In this document: positions 23,601 to 38,600 of the stretch, in pieces
Layout: every line of letters begins with the position of its first letter
Position numbering within the stretch: position 1 is the stretch's first letter
Source: Phoronis australis
Taxonomy: Eukaryota > Animalia > Phoronida
DNA length: 64,000 bases
NCBI GenBank assembly: GCA_002633005.1
Contig: NMRA01000201.1
Location: forward strand, 641,557-705,556
Direction: 5' to 3'
Made by a program: the position numbers and the translations under genes
The notes under the pieces: generated by a model
What the model saw: only the letters and a program-made list of their open reading frames with translations
Told to the model about the DNA's origin: nothing
Databases searched by the model: none

Positions 23601-26600
23601 CTTACTTACCTGAAACACGTACTAGGATTATAAATGTTTAGACTATTGCACATTCAGTTACAGCGTACTGTATCGTAATTATTACTTTTGAACAACAATG
23701 AAGAGAAGTCTGAATCGGTAAAACAAATTAAAGTCTTTATAGTACTGACACCGATATCTCTCCATGGCTGTTAAATTACTCCTTCCTAGTTCGTTATAGC
23801 TTCATTTGGGCAAGATGAATAAATATCCATCCTCGGCTTAAACATAAAAAGAATAACAGTCACAACATTCAGTTCAGATATTGCTCATAGTACTTGTCAC
23901 TCAAATAACAAACCTTCATCTGTGTTCCGGACCCCTTGATCATCTTATCAGGAGCACTGCAGAAAAACCTTCGACCCCTGGGACACTCATACTCCACGCC
24001 CACATAGATCCTCAGGTTCAACTCTGATGATTCTAGAAAAAGAGAGAATAGCAAACAAGTTTAAGTTCCACTTGACGTGAAATACAACTTCAGGGACAAT
24101 TTTTTTTAAAAAGTGATAATCATTTTAAGACCATCAATTTCATCTTCTTATGATCTACACTTCTACCACAGTCTGTACAGTGCATTTTCGAAACTAAACA
24201 GGAGAACATAGAAATTCGACAAACTTTCAACACCCAAAACACAGCTAAAGAAATTATTAACCATTTCATTTTTACAAAAACTAGACAGTTTTAATTTAGG
24301 CAAATTCTTGAGAAAATCTCGACCGGTGTTGCTCCAGACACTTAATCGAACAACTTCTCTGGCATGTCTCGTTACTATTTATTTACATGCTATGAACACT
24401 CCCACTAAATACGATTGGTCCTAATCCCAATGGTCAAGGTAAACGGTGGGGTTTGGAAAATTGAACTAGACCGTATTTATCCACCTTGGCTGAGTCGCGC
24501 TCGGCTCACGATCAAAGGGAAGCCGCCAAGCTGCTCTATTCATCGAGTCACGAGCGAGGATAATTGGTTTCGCTCACGCGGATATGATCAGCTGATTACA
24601 ATCTAGCTAGCAGACTGTACTTTTTATGGAGAGAATTTTTACGTAGTTTTTACTGTAATATTTGAAAACAGGAGCGAAAACAAATATGAGTACAACTTTG
24701 AATTTTTCGAATCGGCCCAGGATAAGAGATTTTGCAACACAGCAACACTCACGATTACTTTCATTCAGCGCGCACGAATACAAAAATATAGGACCCAAGT
24801 TATTTAGATTTTGGAACACATGCATTGCAATATTCAAAATATGTTTATTTTGAATCTTATAAGCTGAAAAATGTCGTTTTTTAATTTCATTGTGCTCATT
24901 CATTGTCATCCGTCAAATCGGCAATTCCCGAGATGTGATCTGCGGCGTGCGGGTGTGTACAAAACACGGGATTAGGTTCCTGAAGTGCAAAAATTAAGAA
25001 ACTTTAGCATGCCGTTATTATTGACAGGGACACGATAAAACGAATTTGGATTTTGACTATAGTCTTGATACAGGGAGCTGGCTGCATCAGTGTCTCCGTT
25101 AGACCCAGAAATTTCACACAGCCCGGGTAGTTCACCTCGTCCCCAACTTGTAGATCGAGCCTTGGACTATAATACTCCACGGTAGAGCTAACAACCGTCG
25201 GCCTGTGCACACAAAATCTGTGAGTTAACCTGCACTCACCTTGCAAGTTGCAGCCGTTTAAGTGAGAAACAATCTAGTAAATGCCATTTTCTTGCATAAT
25301 CCTCCGCCTTTTGTAACAAAAAAGTCTGTCGTCGATGACCCGCACACGCACGCTCACTCACTCTCATACGCAGATGAACTTCAAAACAAAGGTCACGTGA
25401 CAACAACATGTGTGTTCATCCAGAGATTTTTCTCGTGTTGTGGGGTACGATGTAGCGCAGATTTCGACTTAATCGCAATTAATCTGGACTCCACATGAAC
25501 TTTAAAAATTGTAAAACATAAGGAAGATTTCAGGTAATTTGTTGAGTCGAAACTATGTTTTTATTCAAGAGTTTAAGTTTTCCTATGGGCGATCGCAATT
25601 CAGCAACGCATCGGTCGGCAAGTTTTCGCCCTGTGATGAGCACAATTTTTTGATAAATTATCGTAATTTAACAACGGAAGTTGATAGCAATGCACCACAG
25701 TTTTGTAGAAAGACTGTCATAGGCTACAAATACGTCACAGAGCGTAAATTTGATGAATCCTAGCTTCCGATTTTACCCGTTTGGGAAACCGGGTGGTTTC
25801 AACTGCCATAGGCTACAATGAGCGTCCCCTCCCCGTGAAATGAATTTTTCTAAGCGTTTATTAGAGCCAATACTGTATACAGCTTTCCACCAAGGCTAGG
25901 TGATTCTACGACATTATTCTTTGTTGCATTAGTAACTGGTCTTGGGTAATTATCATTTTATGGCCTGGTCATCCATTCAGCCAAAAGAAGTTCCAGAGGT
26001 GGCTTATCAGCCAATTATTCACGCATGCTGACTGACAATAGAAGCCTGACAAGAGTGAAGGTGGATAAATGTGTTCCTACAGTTTCTTGTGGTAGTGGAT
26101 GTGTTCACGACATGTAACAATTAGTGGGTAAGTGCTATGGCATCACATTAATTTTTGACAATAGTTAGAGACAAAAATGCCGTTTTACAGCGGCAATACA
26201 ATAAATTACCAGTGAGTCATACAAGAACTTCATCCAAGTTTGGCAGTCTGACAGAATTCTGTCAAAGTCTGTCCACTTTATTTTGAAGACAATGTCGCTG
26301 CATTCCACCTATTAAATTGTTCTATAATTTCACCCTGCATGCAGAAATAAAGCGTCTCTGAAAACCACTGCTATAACTTTGATATTCAGTTATTTCTAAA
26401 TTGTGATGTGTTGACAAAGTATAAGGTAAACACTACATTGTGTCAGCAAGTAGAAAGAAGTCGCGTAAATCAAAATTTAAGTCTCCATGGAATAGACTGA
26501 AGATGAATAAAATTTGCTGACGAGTGCTTCATTGTTAAAGTGACTTAAACCTTGGACATGTCAGTTTGTGTCAGCCGAACTGCAGCAGCTATATCAACTA

Positions 26601-29600
26601 CTTATACTTACAAACTGGATTGACAAGCACTTGTCATGTAACGACCACGTGACCAAGATTTTGTCAGACTGAAGAAGTTCTGCAATCAAAAAAAGAGTGA
26701 CCAACTTGACTACAGTTAGTAATGAAATCATCAAGACTACCTTTTTGTCCTTTACGAGACTTCCCCTTCTTACTCGAACTTTCGCCCACAGAGGGCCACT
26801 TGTCGCGATCGCATTTAACGGTGACATCCCACGGCAGTAAGTAGCTGCTGCCCGATATGAAGCCTGGCTGGTCAATACCTGAAATCAGACATGGCTGTCA
26901 ATAAGAAAGGCTGATGCTTTACTGTCTGATGGAAACATATTAATAAATACAATTAGCATAACATTACAACCATCTGAGGCTTAGGTAATGCATTGCTTTT
27001 ACTATATTTATACTAAATACAGTGCAATTGCAAAGAGACAGCTCAATGTGTTGTAACCATTGTAATGCATTCAAACGTTACCATGTAAACTCTTTCAATG
27101 TCAAGCTACCTGGTCACTGACAAATCCACCGACGAGCGAGTTGAGTACTTGCCCCCCCCTAGTGGCAGTTTCATTTTTTTTGTTTTCCTCAGAGTCTGTT
27201 TCTCTGAAGTTCCTCGACGAATTTAAGTGAAATTTGGTAAATGGCTTTCTTTTAAAGAAACGGTGACATTTTCTGGTTTTCAGACGGATTCCACATATTT
27301 TGTGCCATCTAGTGGCCATTTCGATGATACAAACAAATTGATTCATGTTCTTCACCCAGTTAATTCTCAATTTCAAGGGAGACAACTTAGCAGTGAAAGA
27401 GTTAAGTCTACAACATAACAGACATTAAAACAGAATTAGATTAATATAATTGCTCCATATAATATATACACCAGTCAACATATTGAATCAAAATAAATAC
27501 TTAATTCATTCAGTTCTTACACTAATTAAAAGTTATTTAATATCTGTTTGACTGTTAATGCCGTATGTACATTGCAAGACAGTCTGGCACTAAAACGCAA
27601 CTACAAAACTGTGATTAAGGGCATGTATGTCAGTCTCATACATTGTCCCCATCAACACATCAATGGTATAGGCAAGATGAAAATAAGAAAAGAACTTCAG
27701 TCTAGCAGACAAAATTCATACTGGGCTGTCTGGTCTGGATGTAGGCAGCCCCATGAACTTTCGAAAATAGGGACCAAGGACTGCAGCCTCTCTGTGTGTA
27801 TATGACCAAATTTTGGACCTGGGCCACCGAGACACGTGAAATCTATTCGCTGAAGAAAACCCTTAGTTGAGGGTGGAATCGTCTGAATCCTCCGCAACAA
27901 ATGTTCATAGTCAGTGAATTCTATCTACTCGACATCGTCACGAACAACGAAAAACCTAACATTGTATCGCAACTTCAGTCCTGATTAAATCTGAAAATGC
28001 TTTACGTCATAGTCTCACCCTGAGATGGCACGTAGGCTGTTGACTTGCCCAGAGCACAAAGTGACCATGATGAGAACTTGGGCAGCAAGCCAGGGGGACT
28101 GTTGGAATTGACCATCCCTGCCAGGTACTCCGTGGTTGAGTGTTGACGCTCTGTGTCAGTCACATGATCTGCAATAGATGGCAGTGGACGTTAAAGTCAC
28201 TGTTTTCTTAACAACCTAAGGAAAACTGGAACAAGATATGCTGAATGATGAGATTAACACTAGGAATACCATCAAATGAGTAAACCTTGTTCAATCGAGT
28301 ATCGTTTATGTACCTCCTTTGCATAATCAAGGGCAAAAACCGAACACCAAATGAATAGAATGGATTACTTATTTAGCCTCAAATGAGCTATCCTCATTCA
28401 TATTGGCAAACTGCATATCATGGAATTCATCACTATAGTAACCACCCGCGAAGATGGGGAATCACAAGGAGTTTACCGAAAAGTTAGGATGGTGGTAAAC
28501 CTAATCTACAACTGTACTTTGCTGTCATTCCGTATTTTTTGCTGTAAACACTCAGACACTTTTAGAGCAGTTAGATTAAGAGCATACCTTTTGCCTGGTC
28601 AGTTGCTGCCCCCTCCTCTTGCGTAGCTGCCTCCGCCACGCTGTTCTCTGTAGGGGTCAGCCGACCCTGGTCGCCATGGAGAAACAGGTCACTTCCACCA
28701 GCACCAGACTGACCTGGAAAATGCGAGTAATGATGATGCAGAGCCGTCATGACAGCAAATTTCAGAGTGTAAGTATTAAGGATGGCTACAGAAAGTTACA
28801 ATTACAACTAAATTTAAGCATTATTACGTTAAACATTATAAGAAGGCATAATCGCTGCATTAAAATTTTGGAGCTATAATTATCCTTATTTAATTTCTTA
28901 AAGCAGCATATTTCTATTAATTATAAAATGTATATTTATTTGGGTTTTAATTGCGAATGTTTCCTACTAGCGGCAAGGAAACTCATTCATCACAACTTTT
29001 CAACAGAATTCATATACCTACCCAAACTAAGAGCCAAGCTGAGACCACTCATGCCTGCTGTCAGATCTGGTTTGGTCATTTCTTTCATGGGTGACTGGCC
29101 CGATAAAGAGTCTCCCGACCTGGCTTCAGCAATGCTTGGCTTGAATGTCGGGAATCGAACGCAGTCCAGATGACTGCAGCACTTTGTTTCGAGGTCCATG
29201 TAGAAGTCAAAGTTGGCTTCCTAAAGTCATTGGAAGTGTCAAAGTTTTGTAGACTTCATCAAAGTATCCAGTTCTTGATGAGTACAGTAAATAAACTGCA
29301 CAAACTTGCACAGAACTCTTTGAACTCTGTCAAACTATGATCAACTTCTAGTCAGAATTATTTGGCAGTTTAGTTGGATTCTTGACGTGCAATCATAGCA
29401 TTTTGTCAAAATTTTGTCTGACAGAGTTTAATGTGACGTTACAGCATCTTGCGGGTAAATTGTTTATTTAGTGAATGGCCTTGCACAGCAAATAATCATG
29501 ATTTCAAGAAAGTACATGGAGCAACTACACCTATCGAGATTTTGCAGAAACAAATTCTAGGTAAAGGATATTTAGCCATGGTTTTGTGCATCAAAATTTT

Positions 29601-32600
29601 ATGTAATTTCAACGTTGTCCAATTCATTTTGAAAATTAATTGACACAGTGGAGCCTCTTTAATGTAACAGCCTTTGTTTTCAATGAAAATTATGATAATG
29701 AGCAGGATATTCCATTAAGCAGGTGTGGACGTGGCAGTAATCATACCACTGTTGTTAAGCACATCACATATAAGTGGATAAGTGGGCAGTCTGAGAGTGA
29801 GAGAGCAGTACTGGAATCGACTGATATTCCCCCCCCCCCCCCCCNAAACTTGCACAGAACTCTTTGAACTCTGTCAAACTATGATCAACTTCTAGTCAGA
29901 ATTATTTGGCAGTTTAGTTGGATTCTTGACGTGCAATCATAGCATTTTGTCAAAATTTTGTCTGACAGAGCTTAATGTGACGTTACAGCATCTTGCGGGT
30001 AAATTGTTTATTTAGTGAATGGCCTTGCACAGCAAATAATCACGATTTCAAGAAAGTACATGGAGCAACTACTCCTATCGAGATTTTGCAGAAACAAATT
30101 CTAGGTAAAGGATATTTAGCCATGGTTTTGTGCATCAAAATTTTATGTAATTTCAACGTTGTCCAATTCATTTTGAAAATTAATTGACACAGTGAAGCCT
30201 GTTTAATGTAATACCCCTTGTTTTCAACGTAAATTATGATAATGAGCAGGATATTCCATTAAGCAGGTGTGGACGTGGCAGTAATCATACCACTGTTGTT
30301 AAGCACATCACATATAAGTGGATAAGTGGGCAGTCTGAGAGTGAGAGAGCAGTACTGGAATCGACTGATTTTTACCCCCCCCCCCCTGTGCAGAGTTGAT
30401 AACGCAATTGCATTGAAAATAAATGAGGTCGGTTCTTAAATTTAATAGGACATTTCATAATATTTTTTCGAAAGAAATCATAAGTTTCATAATTAATCAT
30501 AAAATATAATTGAGGAAAATGTAATAGACGGAATAGGTAACCGCTGCTTGGCCACCTAAAATATGAAACAACATCCAGGATGCATCTATTTGCAACAAGT
30601 TGATTCCAACCTACCCTGTGTGTGAATGGGTCGTCCCTGTCGGCTTGAGTCCTGCCACAGTTACAGGCTGCCTTCATCTTAAGTTGACTACTGTGCGGTT
30701 TACTGGGTGACTGGTTCATCAAGCACACGTCAGGGGTGTTGTGCAACTGGTAAAAACAGAATAACAGACTGAACATTAGATCATCGCTTCAAATCAACAG
30801 ACTAAATCCTGGTTCTGTCCCATGCTAATGCAACATTGACGTCTCACTTGAGTGACAAAACTGTCTAACATTTCAATTAACAAGTTACACACACTTTGTC
30901 AGGCGGGTGGTATTTCCCAACAGTAGCCGTTTAACACAAATAAAGATCAGGTCAACCTTGTCTGTTTAGCAGCTTTTGTAAGAGCTTGTTGAGATTTGCT
31001 CCAAACAGCGGTTCATTATGGTCAAAGAGCTGGATAAGAAAGGCATTCTACTACAGGCCAAAACCGGACGGACTCTCAGAAAGTTACTTTTTTCACTCTA
31101 ACTGTGTGAATACTAAAAGCCTTTATTGAAATCGCCTAACCATAATGCATACAATACATGAGGCGATGAAACTAATTGAAATAATTGTCCAATGAAACTG
31201 GAAACAGCGACATCTGCGGAGTAAAGGTTACCGTTATTCATGCGTAGCAGCGTCTCAAGGAATTAACCACAAGATTCTTGAACTGGTGATAAAACACAAG
31301 CTTATAAGGATACGATGAACAACTAACAAGATCAGCACCTTCCCATAAGGAATAGCTTACCTCGTGAACACAATGGCGACCACTCAAGCTGACCTCTTCA
31401 CACAACTGGTGTCCGTTCTTCCAGAATGAGTCACATGACTCCTGTAGCCGTTGGTAGTACTTAGCGGTGGCTGGACCTCGGGCATGTTGAGCGAAGACTC
31501 TCTCGGCTTTAGCCAACTGCAATCAGAGCAATTCAACCATAAAGGTTACCTTTTGTTGAAATACATATCCTTGATCATCTTGGAAAGACATTTTTGGGTT
31601 AACTACAGAACCGTTGTAATAGTGTGTATTTACTATCCGCGCAACAACAGAAAGTGAGGTGAACAGCCCAGTAAAAAGCCAGCAGTTTGGTTCTGAACTC
31701 ACTGCCATGGAGCAAACATAACGCCGATTCGCTATTGAATGCAGTTTGTGTCGTGGTAGTCCTGTGAAAGTGAATGCAAGATCAAGATGCAGCCTTTTGC
31801 TGGACAGTTAACGTCACTATCTATTCCTGCAGTAACAATTGAAAGCAGAAAAACATCTTTCTAACTGACGGTAACAAGGAACATGTAATTTTACTAAAAA
31901 ACATAGTTCATAAAATAAACACAGTGACTACTCTCAAAAGTTCAACAATCAAATAGCAAATATCTGTTGAATTTAAGCGTACCATTATTGATAATAAATA
32001 ATTATGATGACTAACAGTAGAGCAAAATTATTTAAACTCAGATTCAGACATACCCTTCTCTGATGAAAGTTTGTAGTGTAGTGCTTTGGCAAGCCTTCTT
32101 GGTAAGTGTTTTCAGCATGCGGCAAGATTTTATTACATCGACTGAAATCCAAAATCAAGTGAAAATCAGTTAATATGATTTGTATAACTAAACTCTCACT
32201 ATTTCCTTTTTCAAACAAGCAATTAATGCTCACTTGTCCATCTTTATTTTCTTTGTTGCCCTAATATTATGAAGCAAGGCAGTTTTCAGACATTCGGTAG
32301 AAGCAGAATAATGAAGAATTAATTTCTTAGGACTCGCGTTTAGCAAAAATGTTTTAGTCAAATTTTCAGTAAAGGAGATGTTAATTGACATTCATCTTGT
32401 GTTTGCACAAAAGCAGATAAAAATGTCAAAAATAATTTTTAGTTTAACCTCGGGTTAACAGATTAGACCCTGGGCCCAGGGATGTTGCTATCTTTGTTAA
32501 AAGGGTCGGCTTAGAAGAGGGGAAAAAGAGGTCATACATTTCTAGAGAAGCTGTCTCTGAACTGGCACTGAGTTTCAAAAGGATTATTGGTCAAAATAAC

Positions 32601-35600
32601 ACTAGCCAAGCTTATTGTCTACAGTAGCACCACTAAACGCGAGTTCTTACGAATTCCAGGATTTGAATTCATTTTGTTCTTTATTTTACAATATAGAGCC
32701 AACAGTTCAAGTTTGACGAACAGCAAAACAACAAACTGATTTCTGTATGGGTAACATTAAAGTCAATGGACAGTTAAGAGTTAGTACTTACTTATCGGAA
32801 AACCGATTATCAATGTCAAGGAGTGAACTCAGAGTATTAAAATGGCCGTGAACTTTCGGCTGTTCCGTTGTGTCACCAAAGAATATGTTCTGTAATGACC
32901 CAGCTACAGCAAGCCACTCTTGAAGCGTTGGGATCTACAAGTAATATACACCAATCTCAAACTTCTATCTTCAAATGCTTCTTGCATTCTAATGCTAAGT
33001 TTCTGTAATACAACGAGATCTCTCTAAGCATGCACCTATTTAGAACTGATTACAATGCATGCCATCTTTATTTGAAATAGATTCTTTTCACGAAAAATCA
33101 ATTATTTTTGTTTGCACACTTGTTTGTCAAGCAAAACTAATTTACCTATTGAAAAATGCAGAAATCAATACAAGAAAATTATGATGCAGGGATTTTCAGA
33201 CTTACCTAACCTAAATCCCAAACAGTCAAGAATTTTGAATGGACTTTATTAACCAATTACCCAAGTTTCCCAGCAGGTGTTGTCAGCAGAACCAAGCAAA
33301 AACAAAAGACCCCTGCCAAAGTACAACTCTTCTGCATGATGAGAACAAAAAACTAATAAATTTGATTAACAGACAAACTATGGTTTCATTAATTTAAGTT
33401 ATTTCACTGTATTTTTCATCAGTCACGATGACTACAAAAAATTAAAATCAAAACTGAAGGCCACAAAATTACACTGCTTTGAATGCCTCTCAACGTGAAT
33501 AAGATGCAGTGAACATTCATCCAAATAAAGGTGTTGCCTTTGAGTGTCGCAGCTTACATCAAGGGTTCGTTACTACAGCTACACTACCTCGAAAATCGGA
33601 GCGACATGACTCCTGCCCACATTGTCGTTAAAGCCCTTAGTCAGGGCAAGTTCTATGTGTTGACGAAGGAAGTCGTTGAACTCTGACCCCGACACTGACG
33701 GGTTGGACAGGAAAGAGGAGGAAAAGTCAGATAATGAAGACGAGCTTGCGGCAGCTGACATGTGAGTGAATGACCTGGGTGACTCTAGGAGACGGTAGAA
33801 CATAGAATGTGAATTCCAATGGAAATGCATCACATCTTGTAGAAAACTAAATAAATGTAATTTACTAGCCACACCTGTTTGAAAATTGATACATTTGTAA
33901 CACTGAAGTCGAAGGTTATTGGAGTTACCAGGAATATAAATCAGTTGCCTCGGTGACATTAATCACTTCACAAGGCTTGGAATCACCGATGACAAAAAAG
34001 AGGAACATTTTCCAGGTGATGTATCGTTCCACAAATAAANTCTAGAGAAGCTGCCTCTGAACTGGCACTGAGCTTCAAGATTTTAACTCTCTCATATATG
34101 GGACAGGAGCACAGCTGATCTATTGAACTGCTTGACCAAAGCTAGGACTATCGGTCAAAATAACACTAGCCAAGCTTGTTGTCTACAGTAGCATCACTAA
34201 ATGCGAGTTCTTACGAATTCCAGGATTTGAATTCATTTTGTTCTTTGTTTTACGATATACAGCCAACAGTTCAAGTTTGACGAACAGCGAAACAATAAAC
34301 TGATTGGGTAACATTAAAGTCAATGGACAGTTAAGAGTTAGTACTTACTTATCGGAAAAACGATTATCAATGTCAAGGAGTGAACTCAGAGTATTAAAAT
34401 GGCCGTGGACTTTAGGCTGTTCCGTTGTGTCACCAAAGAATATGTTTTGTAATGACCCAGCTACAGCAAGCCACTCTTGAAGCGTTGGGATCTACAAGGA
34501 AATGACACCAATCTCAAACTTCTATCTTCAAATGCTTCTTGTATTCTAATGCTAAGTTTGTGTAATACAATGAGATCTTTCCAAGCATACATCTATTTAG
34601 AACTGATTACAATGCCTGCCATCTTTATTTGAAATAGATTCTTTTCACGAAAAATCAATTATTTTTGTTTGCACACTTGTTTGTCAAGCAAAACTAATTT
34701 ACCTAATTGAAAAATGCAGAAATCAATACAAGAAAATCATGATGCAGGGATTTTCAGACTTACCTAACCTAAATCCCAAACAGTCAAGAATTTAGAATGG
34801 ACTTTATTAACCAATTACCCAAGTTTCCCAGCAGGTGTTGTCAGCAGAACCAATCAAAAACAAAAGACCCAAAGTACAACACTTCTGTGTGATGAGACCA
34901 AAAAACTAATAAATTTGATTAACAGACAAATCATGGTTTCATTAATTTAAGTTATTTCACTGTATTTTTCATCAGTCACGATGACTACAAAAAATTAAAA
35001 TCAAAACTGAAGGCCACAAAATTACACTGCTTTGAATGCCTCTCAACGTGAATAAGATGCAGTGAACATTCATCCAAATAAAGTGTTGCCTTCGAGTGAC
35101 GCAGCTTACATTAAGGGTTCGTTACTACAGCTACACTACCTCGAAAATCGGAGCGACATGACTCCTGCCCACATTGTCGTTAAAGCCCTTAGTCAGGGCA
35201 AGTTCTATGTGTTGACGAAGGAAGTCGTTGAACTCTGACCCCGACACTGACGGGTTGGACAGGAAAGAGGAGGAAAAGTCAGATAATGAAGACGAGCTTG
35301 CGGCAGCTGACATGTGAGTGAATGACCTGGGTGACTCTAGGAGACGGTAGAACATAGAATGTGAATTCCAATGGAAATGCATCACATCTTGTAGAAAACT
35401 AAATAAATGTAATTTACTAGCCACACCTGTTTGAAAATTGATACATTTGTAACACTGAAGTCGAAGGTTATTGGAGTTACCAGGAATATAAATCAGTTGC
35501 CTCGGTGACATTAATCACTTCACAAGGCTTGGAATCACCGATGACAAAAAAGAGGAACATTTTCCAGGTGATGTATCGTTTCACAAATAAACAGCCTTGT

Positions 35601-38600
35601 TTGACAGACATTTATATTGTGAATGTGGAATTTAACTGAAATAAACGTTTTTGCATCAAACAAAATAAAGTCAAAATAATGATAAAAAGAGACGAAAAAG
35701 AGAAAACAGGAAATCAAATATGAGGAAATTGAAACTAAACAAGAGGGAATCCTCTATTAAAGGAGAAAAATTCCAAGCCCTGAATGATTGCTCCATGCAT
35801 ATGGCTCATAAGGGCCAAGGAACAGTAAAAATGTATCGAAGATAGGTACAAAAAGCATAGCTGGTTCAAGTGTTTTTTAAACTGAGTCAGTAGTGTGCTA
35901 TTTTATTAGTTGCTCACATTCAAAAAAATCCACCAGAAAAGCGAAAATAATGCTGAATATTTTTTTTAATATCTGCTAGGCAAATCATGGCATTTCAAAC
36001 CTTGCTAATAGATGCCTCTGTGCAGCTATTTAAAAAGCATTATACCACGACTGAAATTGATGCAGGTGGGCATTTTTTCTTTAATTTGTTTTAAGTCGGT
36101 GAACACAGGTCTCAACATGAGTAATTTTGGCCTAACCAGAGACATTAGTGTCTCAGTAATGGTAACACCAAACAAAACATTGTGCTTTCCGTTTCAACAC
36201 CCTTCTTTGTAATGACCAACCGCCAATTAACAAGTAATTTATAATTATTGGTCACAATGTGGCAACTGTTTGCCTGTCACTTAGTAACCAACAGTTAGTA
36301 AAACTGCCCTGAATCCACCTTCCGAATACAAACCATTGTCAGCTGATCTCAAGCAGTTTTCTCTGAGCAGATTCAAGTAGTTGTCCACGGGGTTGTCAGC
36401 CGCATTCAACTTGGTGAAGACGTGAACATATTCCTCATTGTTAGGGACAGCAAACAGTGAGTTGTTGCTAGAATTTAGGAGAAAGACAATTACCATTAGT
36501 ACTAGTTGTCAAATTTCAAAACGATGTAAATCGGCAATGTTCACACGAAATTGAGTCTTTTTTGTAAAAACATTTGCCTAGTATGTAAATATATTACCCT
36601 TTGACGGTAGACTTTAGTTCAAGTTTCAAAAGATTATTACTTGAATAACTGCAAGTTTCCCAAAAAGTTGCGCACTACAAGGCTGACAGACATGGTGTGC
36701 TGCGTTGCAACTTGGTACTAAATTAGTCATATATGTGATGAGAGTACTGTTCCCTGTAAACTTAAACATTTTGGCAAATTTAATACAACTTATAAGTTGA
36801 TCAAGACACCAATTAGAAAAACAGTTCTTGTAGCATACTCAAATAATGGTCTAATTATTAACTATACATTGCACAACAGTGATGATCTTCACTTCTTTAC
36901 CACAGCTGTGTTCTCCGCAACCTGCCACAGGTGACCGCAACCCCTTTGAATTTGCATCTGACATGGTTCAATAGCACTCGACAAAATTGATTATTTTCAT
37001 TTTAACAAAAAAGTATCATTTTTGTGTGTTTGCTACGATATGCACGTGTTGCACACTGTCTAAATTTTCAAAGTGGTTTTAAACGTGACCTGTTTGAATT
37101 TTTTGGCGTGTAAAACACTGCATATTAGTATGTTTCAGTTTCAGAATAGATGAGTATTTCCTATCATGAAGAAAACAAAACATACAAATTTGATGAATGG
37201 TATTGTTTTGCAAGATCAATTAATAACTGCAAAACTGACGGAGACAAAATATAAAATATGTATTCATTGCTCTAAAAAAATTCAAAATGCTGTAAAAACT
37301 ATGCCATATCTCATTCGTCATAAACAGCAATTCCAGCACATTGCAGTTTTTGCATTAAATTATCAGTAGCGTCACTCACAGGGCATCATTCTTAGAAATT
37401 TGAAGGCAGGCAATAGAAAATGATTTTTCACAGTTGACGATGGCCAGTGTCCTTTAGTTCTTCATCAAAACATGCATATTTGACAGGCACGCATTTATTA
37501 CAATAACATCATATTAATGACAAGACATGGACAAAACACACGGACCAGTCTAACTTTTCGTCATTTGGTGCCAATACACAGACAGACCACCTGAAATGAA
37601 GAGAAATATTCTTACGGATTACTGATAAACTGTATGACTCACACCGTGACGTAGTGGGATACCTCAACTTTACCATTGTCATACCTAGTATTAGTGATTA
37701 CCCTTGACTTGCGGAGAATTCTGTAGATCTGATCTTCTATCGAGTGTTCCAGTCGCTGAAGGGCCTTCTTGTCATCCGATGGGAGTATCTGGCTCCCTCG
37801 GGTGAAGGCGAAAAGAACTCGTGGCGAACAGAGTCGGGCAGCGGTGATCCAATCTTTCGACACCGAGTGGGATTTGATGAGTTCACTGAGATGCGGTTGT
37901 AACTTAACCCTGATTTGAATTTTAGGAAAATTAATTTGAAATTTAACCTTTCCGTAAAATAACGTAAAACATAGTGCATACACCACAGTCATGACCAACT
38001 AAGCAAATACTTGCATACAAATTATTCCAAACTTTAATGTCACGGTGTAATAATAATTCATTAAGACAGTACTAAACCCTTTGTCTTCAAAGTAGTCAAG
38101 GAAACATAACAATAACAAAATGAAGCTGATAAAAAAACAGCAAGGCTGTGACTTCATTAGACTTAATGCGGCTCATATTAACTAATTCAGCTTTGAAGTG
38201 GAATTTGCTCGCTGATCACTTTGTTTGTGCTTATTTGGCAAAATGAGTGATTATTTGATTATTTGATATTCAGACAATTTTCATACAAACCTTATGTTGT
38301 CAAGAGTTCGAAAAAATCTGACGTAAGTCATGTCAAACGAAGATCCAGGCTGAGTGAACTGCAAAGACCAAAAAGAGAATGTAGCTTTGTTATCAGGCAA
38401 AAAACTCTTTGACCAACAATAACAAACAGACACGTGCCATAAAAAAATGACGAGGTGAACGTCAAGTATACAAGTTTTCTTATCAAAATTGCTTCTATTC
38501 CTATAAAATAAATGCTACAAGCATTAGTAATAAAACTCTGAAATCTGAGTACAATTGAAAAATCCGAGAAAAAAATGTTTCGGAGGTTCATGCAAGTTCA

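Noticed and set aside
23581-23612. TTTCAG|GTAAGT on the minus strand resembling a recursive splice site in SMG8
   Set aside because: The remaining intron would be only 29 nt, too short to splice.
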